Shown piece by piece: positions 10,806 to 23,749 of a stretch of 64,000 bases of DNA; within the stretch, counting starts at the first letter, position 1; the number at the start of each line of letters is the position of its first letter. Source of the stretch: Callorhinchus milii (Eukaryota). The DNA is taken from assembly GCF_018977255.1 (NCBI RefSeq), contig NW_024704742.1, forward strand, positions 68,636,001-68,700,000. Direction: 5' to 3'. The notes beneath the pieces are model-generated. The model was not told where the DNA came from, searched no databases, and saw nothing but the letters and a program-made list of their open reading frames with translations. The position numbers and the translations under genes were made by a program.

Positions 10806-13690
10806 GTTTGGAATGCACGAAGCATTCGGAATAAGGTAGTTGAATTAAAGGCACAGATAGATATGATCTAGTAGCCGTTACTGAGACATGGTTACAGGGA
10901 GATCTAGGGTGGGAGTTAATTATTACGGGGTTTTCAGTTTATAGGAAGGATAGACAATGTGGAAAATGAGGTGGGGGGGTAGCCTTGTTAATAAAGGGTG
11001 GAATAAAAACAGTAGAGAGAAGGATTTCAAATCAGATAACCAGGATGTAGAGACAGTATGGGTAGAATTACAACATAACAAGGGGCAGAAAACATTAGTG
11101 GGAGTAGTTCATAAACCCCCAAACAGTGATCACAGCATAGCGCAGGGTATTAATCAGGAAATTAGAGGAGCATGTAGCAAAGGTAATACAGTAATAGTGG
11201 GTGATTTCAATTTTCACATAGATTGGGAAAACCAAATCGGCAAAAGTAGGGTAGAGGAGAAGTATATAGAGTGTAGAGTGTATGAGAGACAGCTTTCTGG
11301 GGCAGTATGCTGAGGAACCAACTAGGGGACAGGCCATCCTAGACCTTGTTTTGGGTAACGAAACAGGGCTAGTCGGTAATATAGATATTAAGGCTCCTCT
11401 AGGGCAGAGTGATCATAACATGATAGAATTTAGCATTAAGTTAGAGAGCAATGTAGTCAAATCTGAAGCAAGGGTCTTAAATTTAAATAAAGCTAACTTT
11501 GCAGGTATGAGGGAAGAATTAGCTAAAATAGACTGGGGAATTAGATTAATGGATATGACAATAGACCAACAGTGGCAAACATTTAAAGATGTAGTGCAAA
11601 ATTCTCAGCGGTCACATATTCCCTTGAGGAATAAGAGTACCATAGGGAAAGCAGTTCATCCATGGCTAACTAGAGCAGTTAGAGAAAGTATGAAACTAAA
11701 AGAAAAGGTCTATAAAACTGCCAAAAAGAATAGCAAACCTGAGGACTGGGAGTGTTTTGGGACCAACAAAGGAAAACCAAAAAGCTCATTAAGAGTGAGA
11801 AAATGGATTATGAGGGCAAGCTAACTAGGAACATTACGACAGATTATAAGAGTTTTTATAAATACATTAAGAGGAATAGGCTAGCAAAAGTAAATGTGGG
11901 TCCATTACAGGCAGAGACAGGAGGAATTATAATGGGTGATAAGGATATGGCAGAGTCCCTAAATAAATACTTTGCTTCTGTCTTCACGTTAGAAGACAGA
12001 AGAAGTTTACCAGAAATAGAGATGAACCAAGGGGCTAATGATAGGGAGCAATTTAGGGAAATTTACATTAGCAAAGAATTGGTGCTAGGGAAACTGTTGG
12101 CATTAAAAAGTGACAAGTCCTCTGGACCTGGTGGTCTGCATCCTAGGGTTTTAAAAGAGGTAGTTCATGAGATAGTGGAGGCCTTGTGTCTGATCTTCCA
12201 AAATTCTTTGGATTCTGAAACAGTTTCCATTGATTAGAAGATCGCAAATGTCACACCACTATTTAAGAAGGGTGGGAGAGAGAAGATGGGGAACTATAGA
12301 CCAGTCAGTCTGACGTCACTGGTAGGGAAAATTCTAGAATTCTTAATTAAGGATGTCGTAGTGGGATACTTAGAGGATCACAATATGATTAGACAGAGTC
12401 AACATGGCTTTACAAAAGGGAAGTCATGCTTACCAAATCTTTTAGATTTTTTTGAGGACATATCAAGTAGATTAGATAGGGGGGAATCAGTGGATGTAAT
12501 GTATTTAGATTTCCAAAAGGCATTCGATAAGGTGCCGCATAAAAGGTTGATCCACTAAATTAGGGCCCATGGAATTAAGGGGAATATATTAGCATGGATT
12601 GAAGAATGGCTGATGGGAAGAAAACAAAGAGGAGGGATAAACGGGTCCTTCTCAGATAGGCGGGATATGACTAGTGGAGTACCACAATAATCAGTGCTTG
12701 GGCCTCAACTATTTACAATCTACATCAACGATCTAGATGAGGACATCGAACTTAATATATTCAAATTCGCGGATAACACGAAACTAGGAGGGAGAGTAAA
12801 CACCGAGGATGACATTAAAAAAAGGCAACGAGATATAGATTGGCTGGGTGAGTGGGCAAATAGGTGGCAGATGAAGTATAATGTAGGGAAGTGTGAGGTC
12901 ATCCACCTCGGTGGCAAAAACAGCAGAGCAGATTATTTTTTAGAAGGGGAGAGACTAGATAGTGTTAGCATTCAGAGGGACTTGGGTGTCCTTGTTCACC
13001 AGTCACAAAAAGTTAGCTTGCAGGTACAGCAAGCAATTAGGAAGTTCAACAGTATGTTGGCATTTGTTACAAAAGTGTTAGAATATAAGAATAGGGAAGT
13101 CTTGCTGCAACTGTATAAGGCCCTGGTGAGACCACACCTAGAGTATTGTGTGCAGTTTTGGTCTCCTTATTTAAGAAAGGATGTAACCGCCTTGGAGGGG
13201 GTACAACGTAGATTCACTAGCTTGGTACGAGGGATGAGGGGAATGAGTTACGAGGACAGGTTGAGCAATTTAGGCCCATATTCTCTAGAATATAGAAGGA
13301 TGAGAGGTGATCTTATAGAAACCTATAAGATTATCAAAGGGCGTGACAGAATAGATAGTGGGAGACTTTTTCCCTGGTTAGAGAAACTATAACCTGGGTT
13401 CACAGTCTTAAAATTCAGGGTAAGCCCTTTCGACTGAGTTGAGGAAAAACATCTTCACTCAGAGGATAGTGAAATTATGGAATTCTCTAAAGGGCTGTAG
13501 ATGCTCAGTCCTTGAACATATTCAAGACTGAGTTTGATAGATTTCTTGTGGATAAAGGGATTAAGGGATATGGGGATAAGGCAGGTGGGTGGAGTTAGAA
13601 TAGATCAGCCATGATCTTATTGAATGGCGGGACAGGCTAGAGGGGCCGAATGGCCTACTCCTGCTCCTAATTCTTATGTTCTTATGTTCT
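10806..13690 (+). mobile_element. CR1-clade LINE: nearly complete ORF2 region plus 3' UTR, inactivated by stops and frameshifts
   Basis: EN motifs NARSIRNK, VTETWL, VIVGDFN, SDHNMIEF. RT motifs NYRPVSLTS, YLDFQKAFDKVPH, LGPQLFTIYINDL, KFADNTKLGG, RPHLEYCVQFWSP. The 3' end is gaatggcctactcctgctcctaa(ttcttatg)n. Confidence 0.95.
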
Positions 13691-15069
13691 AAGGCATTTA
13701 GCCCATTTGATCTCACCCTTTTTACATATTTATAAAACATATTTTTATAANTTTTTTATGTTTGATAAAAGAGGTAATAAGCCCTTCAAAATATACAGTT
13801 TGCAGTATATTCAGTGAAGCACTTTGAGACGTCTCAACAACATGATAAGCCGCTATATCAAATGTAAGGATTATTATTATCCTTCCAGAACACCTACCCC
13901 ACTTCCTGCCTATTAGGGAGCAACAAGATTAATCCTGTTTCTGTCCCTTATTCCTAAACACATCGCACATTATTGCTAAGTCAAAAAGCGGGATATAATA
14001 ATCAAAGCACTCTGAATTTGAGATACGAGTGGTCCAGTTCTCTCACTGTCCTATTGACAATAATAATAATAATAAAAATAATAATCCTTGCATTTGATAT
14101 AGTGCCTCATTATGTCTTTGAGATGTCTTAAAGCGCTTCACAGAATATACTGTAAAGTGAATTGAGTGCATATGTTGTGGGCGAAATGCAGCAGCCAATT
14201 GTGCCCAGCAGAGTCCCACAAACAGTCGTGGATTGAAGTGAGCAATTTTTACATTTTTTTTGAAGGAATTATTTATTACCCCTGGAAAAGCAATCCATCA
14301 ATTGGCTAACAGCTGGGTTCCTACTTACTGCTAGGTAAACAGAGGCGTGTGGAGTAAAGAAACTTGCCTAACATTTCGCCCTGCCAGGAATCAAACCCAA
14401 GACTCTCGCTTGCGAGGCGAGCGTGCTAACCACTGATCTGCAGGATTCCTTACTCCAATAGTGAGGAACAGCACGAGTACTCCCACTGGAGATGATACTA
14501 TTTTTATCCGTAAAGCAGCTGATTTGGACGTTATATCCTCTATCTGAGTCCCACCATTATCCTTCCAGAACACACACACCTCTTCTCACTTTCCGAGGGT
14601 AATAATCCCTTCCCCCAATACATAAGGGACAGCCCTTATGTTGCAGCAACCAGAACTGTAGGTCATCCTCCAGATGCAGACTGACCAGAGCACCATACAG
14701 CTTGAGAATGACTTGTATTGAAATTTACTAATTTCTAATAATAATAATATTACTAACATCCCAACTCCTCGGCAAAGCACAGCACTAGCAGGTGGTATCT
14801 CACCTCCGCATATGGTTACCAAAGAGTTCTCGTCTCTATTTCTGTTCCTGATCACGGAGATGGGCATTTGATCATAACTGAAAATAGAATACAGGCTTAA
14901 CTAAATTGGTGAAGGAGCAGCCAAATGCTACCTTGGGAGTTGGAAATAAAAATTGTGATAGCTTTTCACATCCAAGATGAAACCGAGCTTCGAACCAGGC
15001 TATTGTGCTGAAGTTAATAGTGGAAGGTGGGAGGAGTGACGACACATTAAGTTGTCAATTATATGGCCA

Positions 15070-15500
15070 CTCCATACCCCCATCAAACCAGTTCTAGTTT
15101 CACTGGCTCCCTATCACTGAGTGGATTAATTTCAAGATCCTCACACTCGTCTTCAAATCTCTTCATGCCCTGGCACCTCCCTAGCTCTCTGACCTGCCTA
15201 CTCCACAATCTGTCGCCTTTGCTCGACTAACTCTGGCCTCCTGCTTGTCCCTCGAGCCCTCTGTTCAACCATCGGTGGCCGCACTTTCAGCCACTAAACC
15301 ACGAAACTCTGGAACACTTTCCCTCAATCCCTACATCTTGCCCCCTCCTTCCCCATCTTCAGGTTGCATCTGAAGACTTTCCTCTTCGACTGTGCCTATG
15401 GCCACCGCCCCGCCACGATTCACTGTCAGGCTCCGCCACTGTCAAGCGCTCTGGAACGCTACCCTGATTATGGGGGCGCTGTATAGATGCAAGTTGCTTT
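15070..15500 (+). mobile_element. L2 3' fragment, second tail family (gcgctctggaacgctaccc...gggcgctgtatagatgcaagttg)
   Basis: cactggctccctatc..ttcaagatcctcacactcgtcttcaaatc encodes the L2 C-terminal HWLP..FKIL region. Related copies at 28606-28790(-), 37967-38340(-), 44915-45565(-) and 62650-63078(+). Confidence 0.75.
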
Positions 15501-15754
15501 TAGGAATGGGTGGAAAATTGCGACACATCAAATCAGCTGTGAAAACATGGCATTTTACATCCTGTAATGGTGCCTTTTTGGTGAAGTCTGATGACCAGTG
15601 TACCAATTCTGGTCTGTCAGGTGCCATAGATGTTGCAGTGCTTTCGGTGTTTTAGTTGAGTGTCTGTGAGAGAAATAGCTGAGAAACAATGGACAGCAGT
15701 TTCAGACACAGACCCCAAAGGAGATTCATTCATTTTATGCAAATATATTCTTTG

Positions 15755-16270
15755 GTGTCAGCCTGGCTCAACTGGCAGCGCTCTTGTCTCAGAGCCAGAA
15801 GATTATATGTTCAAGCCCCTCACCAGGACTTTCAATCCGCGAGTCTAGGCTGACATTCCAACACAGCCCTAGGGGCCATCCCTCGGATGAGACATTAAAC
15901 TGATACCCCATCTGCCTGTTCAGATGGAGTAAAAGATCCCATGACATGATTTGAAAAGGGAAGATGAGTTTGTCCTGGTGGCCTGGCCAAGAATCACCCA
16001 AATAACACTGGTCACTCACTTCCTGATTGTTCATAGAATCATAGAATTATACAGCACTGAAGGAGACCATTCAGCCCATCGTGTCTGTGTTGGCTTTTTG
16101 AAAAGAGCTACCAATTCAATCCCACTCCCCTGCTCTCTCCCCATAGCCCTGCAAACGTGTCCTCCATGTTAGTGGAACATTCCTGTGTGCAATATTTCAT
16201 ACTACATTTGGCTATAAAGTACACACTTTATTATATATTCCGTGAAGTGCTATGAATCGTCCTCCTGATT
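15755..16270 (+). mobile_element. Old Deu-type SINE interrupted by a minus-strand CR1 3' end (about 16031-16168)
   Basis: Head gtcagcctggctcaactgg and core cggatgagacattaaac..aaaagatcccatg. The insert begins (tcatagaa)2, a CR1-type tail. Other Deu-type copies at about 9840-10200(-), 20325-20720(-), 27200-27565(-), 28865-29080(-), 39745-40012(-), 42380-42650(+) and 49000-49330(-). Confidence 0.7.
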
Positions 16271-16681
16271 ATTATTACTATTATTAGGAATAGATATCTG
16301 TAACATGCATGCACAAATGAACAAATATGCCACATGTGTACTATTACACTGAAGGAGGCCCATTAAGATGGTACCATTTTTTTTCCATCCAACTCCCAAG
16401 GAAGCATTTAACACAGCATCAAGATGTAAAACAAATCTCCATTTGAGCAAGCCTGCAAGTAGCTGGAGATTCTGTCTGTCAGGAACGTTGCATTTCAAAT
16501 GGCAGCAGTTTGTTAGTCACACAGAGTGTGCGAACGACAGATGGGTCGGGGTAAATAATGTAACATGTGGCAGAAGAAGTGACAGATTGATGCGACGAGG
16601 GGGAAAAATAACAGAAAACCAGGAAAGAGAAACATGACCCGCAAATAACTTCAAACTGCTTGACGCCGAGGGGCGTCTGAT

Positions 16682-17429
16682 GCCTGAAATTCCACATGGC
16701 TTTAGCCTGTTGGATCATAGTATCTTAAAGTTTATGATCATGCGGAGTTTGGGGAAAATCTTAAATACAGTCCTAATTTGAAAACTGCTTTTTTGATAAT
16801 AATAATTCTTGCATTTGACACAGCCCTTATCAGGTTGTTGAGACATCTCAAAGTGCTTCACAGAATATACTGTAAAGTGTGTATTTTCTGGGTGAAACAC
16901 AGCAGCCAATTGCACACAACAGTGTCCCACAAACAGTCGTGGATTGAGTGACCAATTTTTTGGGGGAGGGATGAGGAATTATTACCCCCAGAAAGAGATC
17001 CACCAATCGACTAACAACCGGGTTCTTAGTTACTGTGAGATAAACAGAGAGAGGTGTGTGGAGTAAGGAAACTTGCCGAAGGTTTCCCCCCCAGTCCATA
17101 AATTGAAGCTGGGTCCTCTCACCTGCGAGGCGAGTGCTCTAACCAGTACACTGCAGTACTCCAGGAGTTAAACTTAGTCATATAAGAATTAATCTCTTGT
17201 TGGACTGAGTTGAACCTCAGTCCGAAATGAAGCAGGAGTTAAACTCATTCCTAATTTGGAAGATGTTTTTATCCACAATTCTTAAGCAGAAACCGTCGTC
17301 CAAATTAAATCTGAATATGATATTCTTTTCCAAAACTCCAAATTTAAATTTTGAGATAAAATGATAATCCTTGGGTTTACATTTGATGTGAATAGTTTTT
17401 CAGACAAAGAGTAGGTGGAATTGTGGGCC
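16682..17429. mobile_element. MITE-like element (gcctgaaattcc terminus) interrupted by a SINE at 16797-17162
   Basis: The left arm matches 21411-21520, 35713-35790 and 61547-61645. There is a degenerate right end gtggaattgtgggcc. Confidence 0.5.
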
Positions 17430-17658
17430 TGTGTAATGTTCCAATGGCACATTCTTTCATTTTGATTGAAGGGTTATATAAAGGCAGGTTGTTTTTACTC
17501 GCTTCATCCTATTAAGTACAGAGAGCAGCTCTAGAGAAAGCCTGTCTTACAATCTGACATCGGTTGCTTTGTGCTTCTGAGCAGGTACTTTTTATTCACA
17601 GAGTTGTCACCACTCAGCTAACATAGGAAGAAAAATGTGATATGTGATATTAGTGTAT

Positions 17659-17824
17659 TAGAACATAAGAACACATTAATTTGCTCAGCAAAAGAAGACC
17701 AAGGTCCATCCAGTTTGCCTTCCACCATCCTGGTAGTCGCATGACATGTCGTGTCCCAAACTATATATTATATCCCGAAATATTATTTCCTAACACAAAT
17801 CTATCTAATTTGTTCTTGAATAAA
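17659..17824 (-). mobile_element. CR1-type 3' end fragment
   Basis: Tail tagaacataagaaca followed by aatctatctaatttgttcttgaa. Other CR1 3' fragments at about 25005-25190(-), 28310-28560(+), 36340-36400(-), 37160-37520(-), 43573-43720(-), 62130-62330(+) and 63095-63165(+). Confidence 0.6.
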
Positions 17825-18901
17825 CCTAGGTGTCTTGTTCGACCCTCAACTGTCCTTTCTCCCTGACATTCAAGCCATGACCCGCTCTGCCTTCCCTCAC
17901 CATCGCCCGACTCCGCCACTACCTCACCCCTCAGGCCGCTGAAACTCTTGTTCATGCCTTCATCACTTCCAGGCTCGACTATGCAAACGTCCTGCTTGTC
18001 GGCCTTCCCAAGTCCTCCGTCCACAGGCTGCAGATAATCCAGAGCTCTGCAGCCCGTGTCCTCTCCCGCACCAAACTCCGTGACCCCATCTCCCCCACTC
18101 TCGCCCGACTCCACTGACTCCCTATCTTCAGAGGATCCTGGTCCTCACATACAAAGCCCTCCATGGCCTCGCTCCACCCTACCTCTGCGACGTCCTAATC
18201 CCCTACCAACCCGCCCGTTCCCTCCGCTCAGCCGGCTCTGGCCTGCTCCACGTCCCCCGACCCACACGGCCCACCATTGGCTGGAGAGCCTTCAGCCACT
18301 CTGCCCCCAACTTCTGGAATTCCATCCCCCAATCACTCTGCCTCTCCCCCTCCTTAGCCTCCTTCAAGTCCCCATGCCATCGGCCACCCCCCCTTCCCCT
18401 CCCTTACCTCCCCAACCCCAGCTCGGGTCTGAAATGCTGTACTCTGTCCAGCGCCTTGGGACGTCCTCCTGATGTGAAAGGTGCTATACAAATGTAATCT
18501 TGTTGTTGTTGCTGCCTCCTACCTCCCTGACCTACTATCCCCCTACCTACCTGCCCGTACCCTCTGTTCCCCTGGCTCCGGTCTGCTCCACATTCCCCGC
18601 CCCAACCGCCCTACCATCGGTGGCCGGGCCTTCAGCCTCTCAGCCCCGAGGCTCTGGAACTCTATCCCCCAGTGCCTTCGCCGCCTCCTCCCTTTCCTCC
18701 TTCAAGGCCGGTCTCAAGACCTTTCTCTTTGACCGTACCTTCAGCTCCCCTCTCGACTCTCTACCCCCTCCTCGCTCCCTCCTTTCCCTCCCCTCACCCT
18801 GACCATTTCCCCCCTGCTCGGGTCCTGACCCAACTGTACAGTGCCTTGGGACGTCCTCCCGACGTGAAAGGCGCTCTATAAATGCAATCTTGTTGTTGTT
18901 T
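17825..18901 (+). mobile_element. Two tandem 5'-truncated L2 3' fragments (17825-18510 and 18515-18901)
   Basis: LGVLFDPQLSF..SRLDYAN coding relics. Each ends gcgccttgggacgtcctcc(c/t)ga(c/t)gtgaaagg..aaatg.aatcttgttgttgtt. Confidence 0.88.
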
Positions 18902-18989
18902 TTGAATAGTGATAATGATACTGATTAAAATATGCGGTCAACACTAGTCAATAATTATGAGTCAAACTGGAATTTTGGTGGTTGTGATA

Positions 18990-19185
18990 ATCAGTTGTGT
19001 TAATACCATCATATGTTATTAAAATACATTTTAATAACATATGATGTTAGCATTTTAAATTATATTATTACTAATGAATACAATAATTTATATGATAATT
19101 AAATTTACAATAATTTTAAATTACTCTATATATAATACATTTTTATATATATATATACATTTTTAATTATATTAAAATGCTAGGA
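18990..19185. repeat. Extremely AT-rich low-complexity tract
   Basis: Almost exclusively A/T, with (TA)n runs. Confidence 0.8.
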
Positions 19186-19529
19186 TTATTATCATGTCAC
19201 TTTTTTTAAAAAAGTACAAGTCTCAGTTGGAGTAAACCATTGGCCTTCCCATGCAATGTCCAAACCTTGGGGTTCAAAAATGAACTGAATGTTGTAAGCA
19301 CCACCTAACGACCCTAAAGTGCGCGAGGATGTAAACTGTTTTCGACAGTGTGCACCTTTTATGTCACCCAACTAGCAAGGCCTAGGCTTCTTGGGTTGGA
19401 GCTGTAATCTCATGAGTTTGTGGAATTTTATGATTCTAGAGCTGTGGTGTGGTTACCTCTTGCATGGAATCTTTTACCAGTTCCTCTCGTTCTGCTGGGA
19501 CTAATGCGGCTTCACTTTCAGCAGCAGAG

Positions 19530-19745
19530 CTGAGTCACTCGCTGGGGACAAGGAGTCTTCCCGCTCAGCTCCTCTTACCTTGCAAGCCAAAGCCCTGATA
19601 GATAGGGTGGTTCTAGCTGAACAGGCAATGGGAAGCTTGCCAGACAGTGCTTTTAACAGTGCAAGCATATGGTTTTAACTGGTGAATCTCCAGCAATATG
19701 CCAAAGCACATTGTGGGGTCCCCACGCCTTGGCTCTCACTAAGTT
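19530..19745 (-). repeat. Unclassified repeat family X, copy 2
   Basis: ctcagctcctcttaccttgcaagccaaagccct..aagcttgccagacag..gccttggctct is the reverse complement of segments of 36417-36800 and 63714-63937. Confidence 0.7.
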
Positions 19746-22158
19746 GCACCGAATACTCTCCAAAATTAGTTAAGCATAACTTAACATTTCGCCAACAAAA
19801 TACTGTCAATCCACTGTACAATATATTGTGAAGCGCTTTGAAATGTCTTGACGAAGTAATAAGGCACTATATCAAATGCAAGGATTATTATTATTATAAA
19901 GCGCGGATGATTGAGAGAAAGGGAGAAAGAGAGAGTGAGTGCACATTCCATTCTGATCATGGGGTCACGTATGTATGTAGGTGGAAAACATATGTGAAAC
20001 TGTCGAGTTTGGATACACTTAAGCACAGTGATGGGTTGTGTCGGCTAACCAAAGAAAAACATTAGTCAGGAACAGAAGTTTCTGTCCATATTTAGACTGA
20101 TTGTTGAATGTTTCATAGAAAAAGCAAATGCACTCATTTTATTTCATTATTAATTTAAGGTTTAAGTTCTTTTTTAAAAAAAATCATAATTGGATGGAAA
20201 TTCAGGGTTAATGTGGGAATGTGACTAGGTTTTTGGCAGCTTTTTGAAGGCTTTCTATAAAAATAATAATTACTGCAAGCAGCTGAAATGTTAGCAAATG
20301 AATTATTCATGGCAACAATAATAAATTTTGCATTCAATATGGTATACCTATATCATTGAGAACATCTCACAAAATTTATTTGTAGGCAAACGCAGAAGCC
20401 AATGTGCGGACAGCAATGTCCTACAAACTGCTGTGGACTGAATTACTATTTTTTTTGGGTGATTGTCAGCCAGAACACCAGGAGAAACTCCTTCTCTTTT
20501 CCAAAGGTGCCGTGGCATCTTTGATGTCCACCTGAATTGGCAGGTGGGACCTCTGTTTAACATCTTATCTGAAGGTTGGCATCTTTGACAATGAGGCGCT
20601 CCCCCATCACTGCTCTGGAAATGTCAGCCTAAACAATGAGCTTAATGTCTTGATGTGGACTTGAACTCACAACCTTCCATCCCACATGCAAGAGTGCTAC
20701 CAACTGAGCCAGGCTGCCAGTTAGGTAACAAGCAATGTTTAATTGCTTGTTTAATGTTTAATGTTGAGCTATTGAAGAGAGGCTACTAGCTAAATGTTGG
20801 TATCTTTATACGTAACTTTATGCAAATAAGCCTAGGTCCATAAGGCTGACGATTGGAGTTTTTGTTCTGTCTGCATTGTCCAGATTGCTAGTTGTGAGAA
20901 TGTGCTAGCTGTATATCCACAATGACACTTCCCACAAAGTTAAGTGCAGGGCTTTAGGACACAGACAGCCTTTCACACTGTGTTAGACTGCAGTGTGTTT
21001 AATGTAGTGGCACAGAACTCTTTGAGACATTTCTATGTTATAGGTGCTATATCAAATGCAAAGGTTATTATTATTGTTTGGAATTGTTTGTGGGATAATT
21101 TCTTTTCCAATGCACTACCTCCACAATACTGATCTTACAAAATGTTTCAGCTGAATCAGCTTCTGACTAAAAGAATGGGCCACTGACCTGTTCCCAGGTC
21201 CTGTCAGGACTGCTCTAACATTCAGCTTTGCACCGCGGCAAATGGCCAACACGTACAGCTTAGCTTGGCAGATCAGAACTGGGCTTGAGTGCAAGTATAA
21301 GATGGAATTGTCAGCATAGCTGTGGGCTCACATCTCCTGATTGAACCTTCAGTCTAATTTTGTCTGTGGCTGCTGAAAGCGTTGAGCACCTTTGTGACTG
21401 TGAGCAACGTGGGCCTGAAATTCCATTGCCTTACCCTGTGAAACTTTAAAATATATGGTCACGCAGGATTGTGGAAAATCCTTAAATTCAGCCTGAATTT
21501 GGAAATGTTTTTTCCCCAGGTATTAAAGACGACTGGTTTCCAAATTAGAAATTAATTTTCCACAATTCTCAGTTTTAAAACAAAATAATAATAATCCTTG
21601 CATTTGTTAGATGCCTTATCATGTCTTCGAGATGTCTCAAAGCGCTTCACAGAATATACTGTAAAATAAAGGATTATTATTATATTCTGTGAAGCTTTTA
21701 GAGACAACCTTCCTATGTGAAAGGCACTATATCAAATGCAATGATTAATAATAATGTTGAGTTATCATAAGCAGCTACAATGAATCTTTGGTGCCTGGGA
21801 TATTTATCTCATAACTTTAGGTCTGTTAGGCTGACAATTGGATTTCAGTTCTGTATGTTTCTGGAGAGGGAAATGACCAGTCTCACCCGAAGAGGATATA
21901 AATAGAGCCTTTACTGAAGGCATTACTGATTCAGTCATGTCATGTTAGCTAAGTCCTTCAAGTTAATACTTTCAGTTATACAAATGTAGAAGGACAAGGG
22001 GATGAGATTGTAAAGGGTAATTATAGGGCAAGAACATCGTGACTTATTTTTTATACAGAATTAATTGACACCTGGAGTTAGATGTGAGGAAGTGTGGCCT
22101 CTACCATATTTGCCAGGTTCCTTAAATAGGACTAAAGCAAGAAACACATTGTCCTGTA

Positions 22159-23230
22159 GCAACAACAACAACAACAACAATAAGTTACATTTATAGAGCA
22201 CCTTTCACGTCGGGAGGACTTCCCAAAGCGCTGAACAGTCAGGTGTCAGGGCCCAAGCATGGGGGAGGGGTGGTGTAGGGGTGAGGAAAGGCAGAGAGGT
22301 AGGAGGGCGACCAAAGGCACGATCGAAGAGAAGGGTTTTGAGACCGGCCTTGAAGGAGGCAAGGGAGGAAGTGAGGTGAAGGGACCGTGGGATGGATTTC
22401 CAGAATGTGGAGGCAGAGAGGCTGAAAGTCCGGCCACCGATGGTAGGGCAGGTCGGGTGGGAGACATGGAGCAGACCGGAAGGAGCGGGCAGGTTGGTAG
22501 GGAGTCAGCAGGTCAGAGTGCTAGATTGCATGTGGTCCAGCCAGATCTGCCGGTGGACCGTTAAGGCAGATCTGAGTCAGGTACATTCGGCGGTCCGCAT
22601 CTGCCCCTTGAGTGAGCAGAGGTGACTGGTGTACCACGGTGAGGTTTGTGAGTAGGAGGTGGTTCGGGAGGTGAGGGGGGCAAGGGCATCAAAAGTGGTG
22701 GAGAGGGACTTGTGAAGGAGGTTGTGAGAGGAAAGGAGAGAGGAGAAGTTGTTGGAGATAGAGCAAGAGAGGGTGAAGTGCAGGTTGAAGTCGCTGAGGA
22801 TGAGGAGGTGTTCAGAGCAGAGGCAAAGGCAAGCTAGAAGAGCGAGGATGTCAGAGATGAAGGTGGGGGAGGATATGGGGGGGAGAATGATAAATCAGGA
22901 GAGTTTTGAGGGAAAGATTGGAGGGATGGTAGGGATGGGAAGGTGCTTGAAGGAAGGGAATGAGTCGAAGGAGTAGGGGGATAGAGCACCTGGAGCTGAG
23001 GGCCACACCACCGCCACAGCGGTTAGGACGTGGGTTATGGTTGTCGTTGATGGCAAGAGCCTTCTTATAAATCGAACAGACATTTTGTAGGCCGATGCGG
23101 AGGGGACAGTTGACAGAGAAATGTGTGAGACGGGAGGGGTGGTGGGAGGATTGATAGGGAGGGTGGGAATGTGGATGAGGGAGGAGAGGTTAGCGCCCGG
23201 GGTATGGGTCTGGGGGGGCTTGCGGTGATA
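22159..23230 (-). mobile_element. L2 derivative with large internal deletions (EN pieces joined to the 3' end, no RT)
   Basis: The tail is at 22159. The 3' segment ends at about 22510 and is followed by pieces homologous to 4900-5100, 5400-5600 and 5650-5840 of the first L2. Confidence 0.75.
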
Positions 23231-23547
23231 GTGGAGTCCTGTAGCTCAGTGGTTAGAGCACTCGCTTTGCAAGCGAGAGACCTGAGTTCAATTCCAGGCA
23301 GAGGGCGAAACCTTGGGCAAGTTTCCTTACTCCACACGGCTAATGATAATCCCTCCAAAACCAAAAACAATAATAAATTGGTCATTTTCAATCTATGACT
23401 GTTTGTGGGACATTGCTGTGCGCAATTGGCTGCCGCGTTCGCCCACAAATATACAGTCAATTCACTTCACAGTGTGTTCTGTGAAGCGCTTTGGGACGTC
23501 CTCCCGACGTGAAAAGCGTCAAATGCAAGGATTATTATTATTATTAT
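23231..23547 (+). mobile_element. tRNA-Ala-derived SINE, young short subfamily
   Basis: Perfect anticodon arm ctcgc-tttgcaa-gcgag and the tail gggacgtcctcccgacgtgaaaagcg. Confidence 0.93.
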
Positions 23548-23749
23548 AGTGGGGAATGGGGCAGTCAGTGTGGCTAAGGCCCTATATCAAATGTAAGGAT
23601 TGTTATTATTGTAATATGCACATGTAGCAGTGTGCATGCTATTATACATAAATTCAGATTACATCGCTTTGCCGCAATCACAATTCTAAAACACATTACC
23701 CTCTGGAACGACGAGTGTTCATTGAAGTAAACATGAACAGACCTCTTGC

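Noticed and set aside
10957..13392. Intact, active reverse transcriptase gene
   Set aside because: CR1 ORF2 is broken into at least five pieces by stops and frameshifts, and its catalytic motif reads FADN.
13725..13770. AT-rich quasi-palindrome just after the CR1 tail
   Set aside because: It is low complexity and centred on the window's single N (13751), so it may be an assembly join.
23231..23305. Genuine tRNA-Ala(TGC) genes
   Set aside because: These are SINE heads: there is no proper acceptor stem, and each is always followed by the SINE body and tail.
23228..23552. 7 bp TSD atagtgg around the SINE
   Set aside because: It overlaps the SINE's own gtgg start and tat tail, so it cannot be called confidently.
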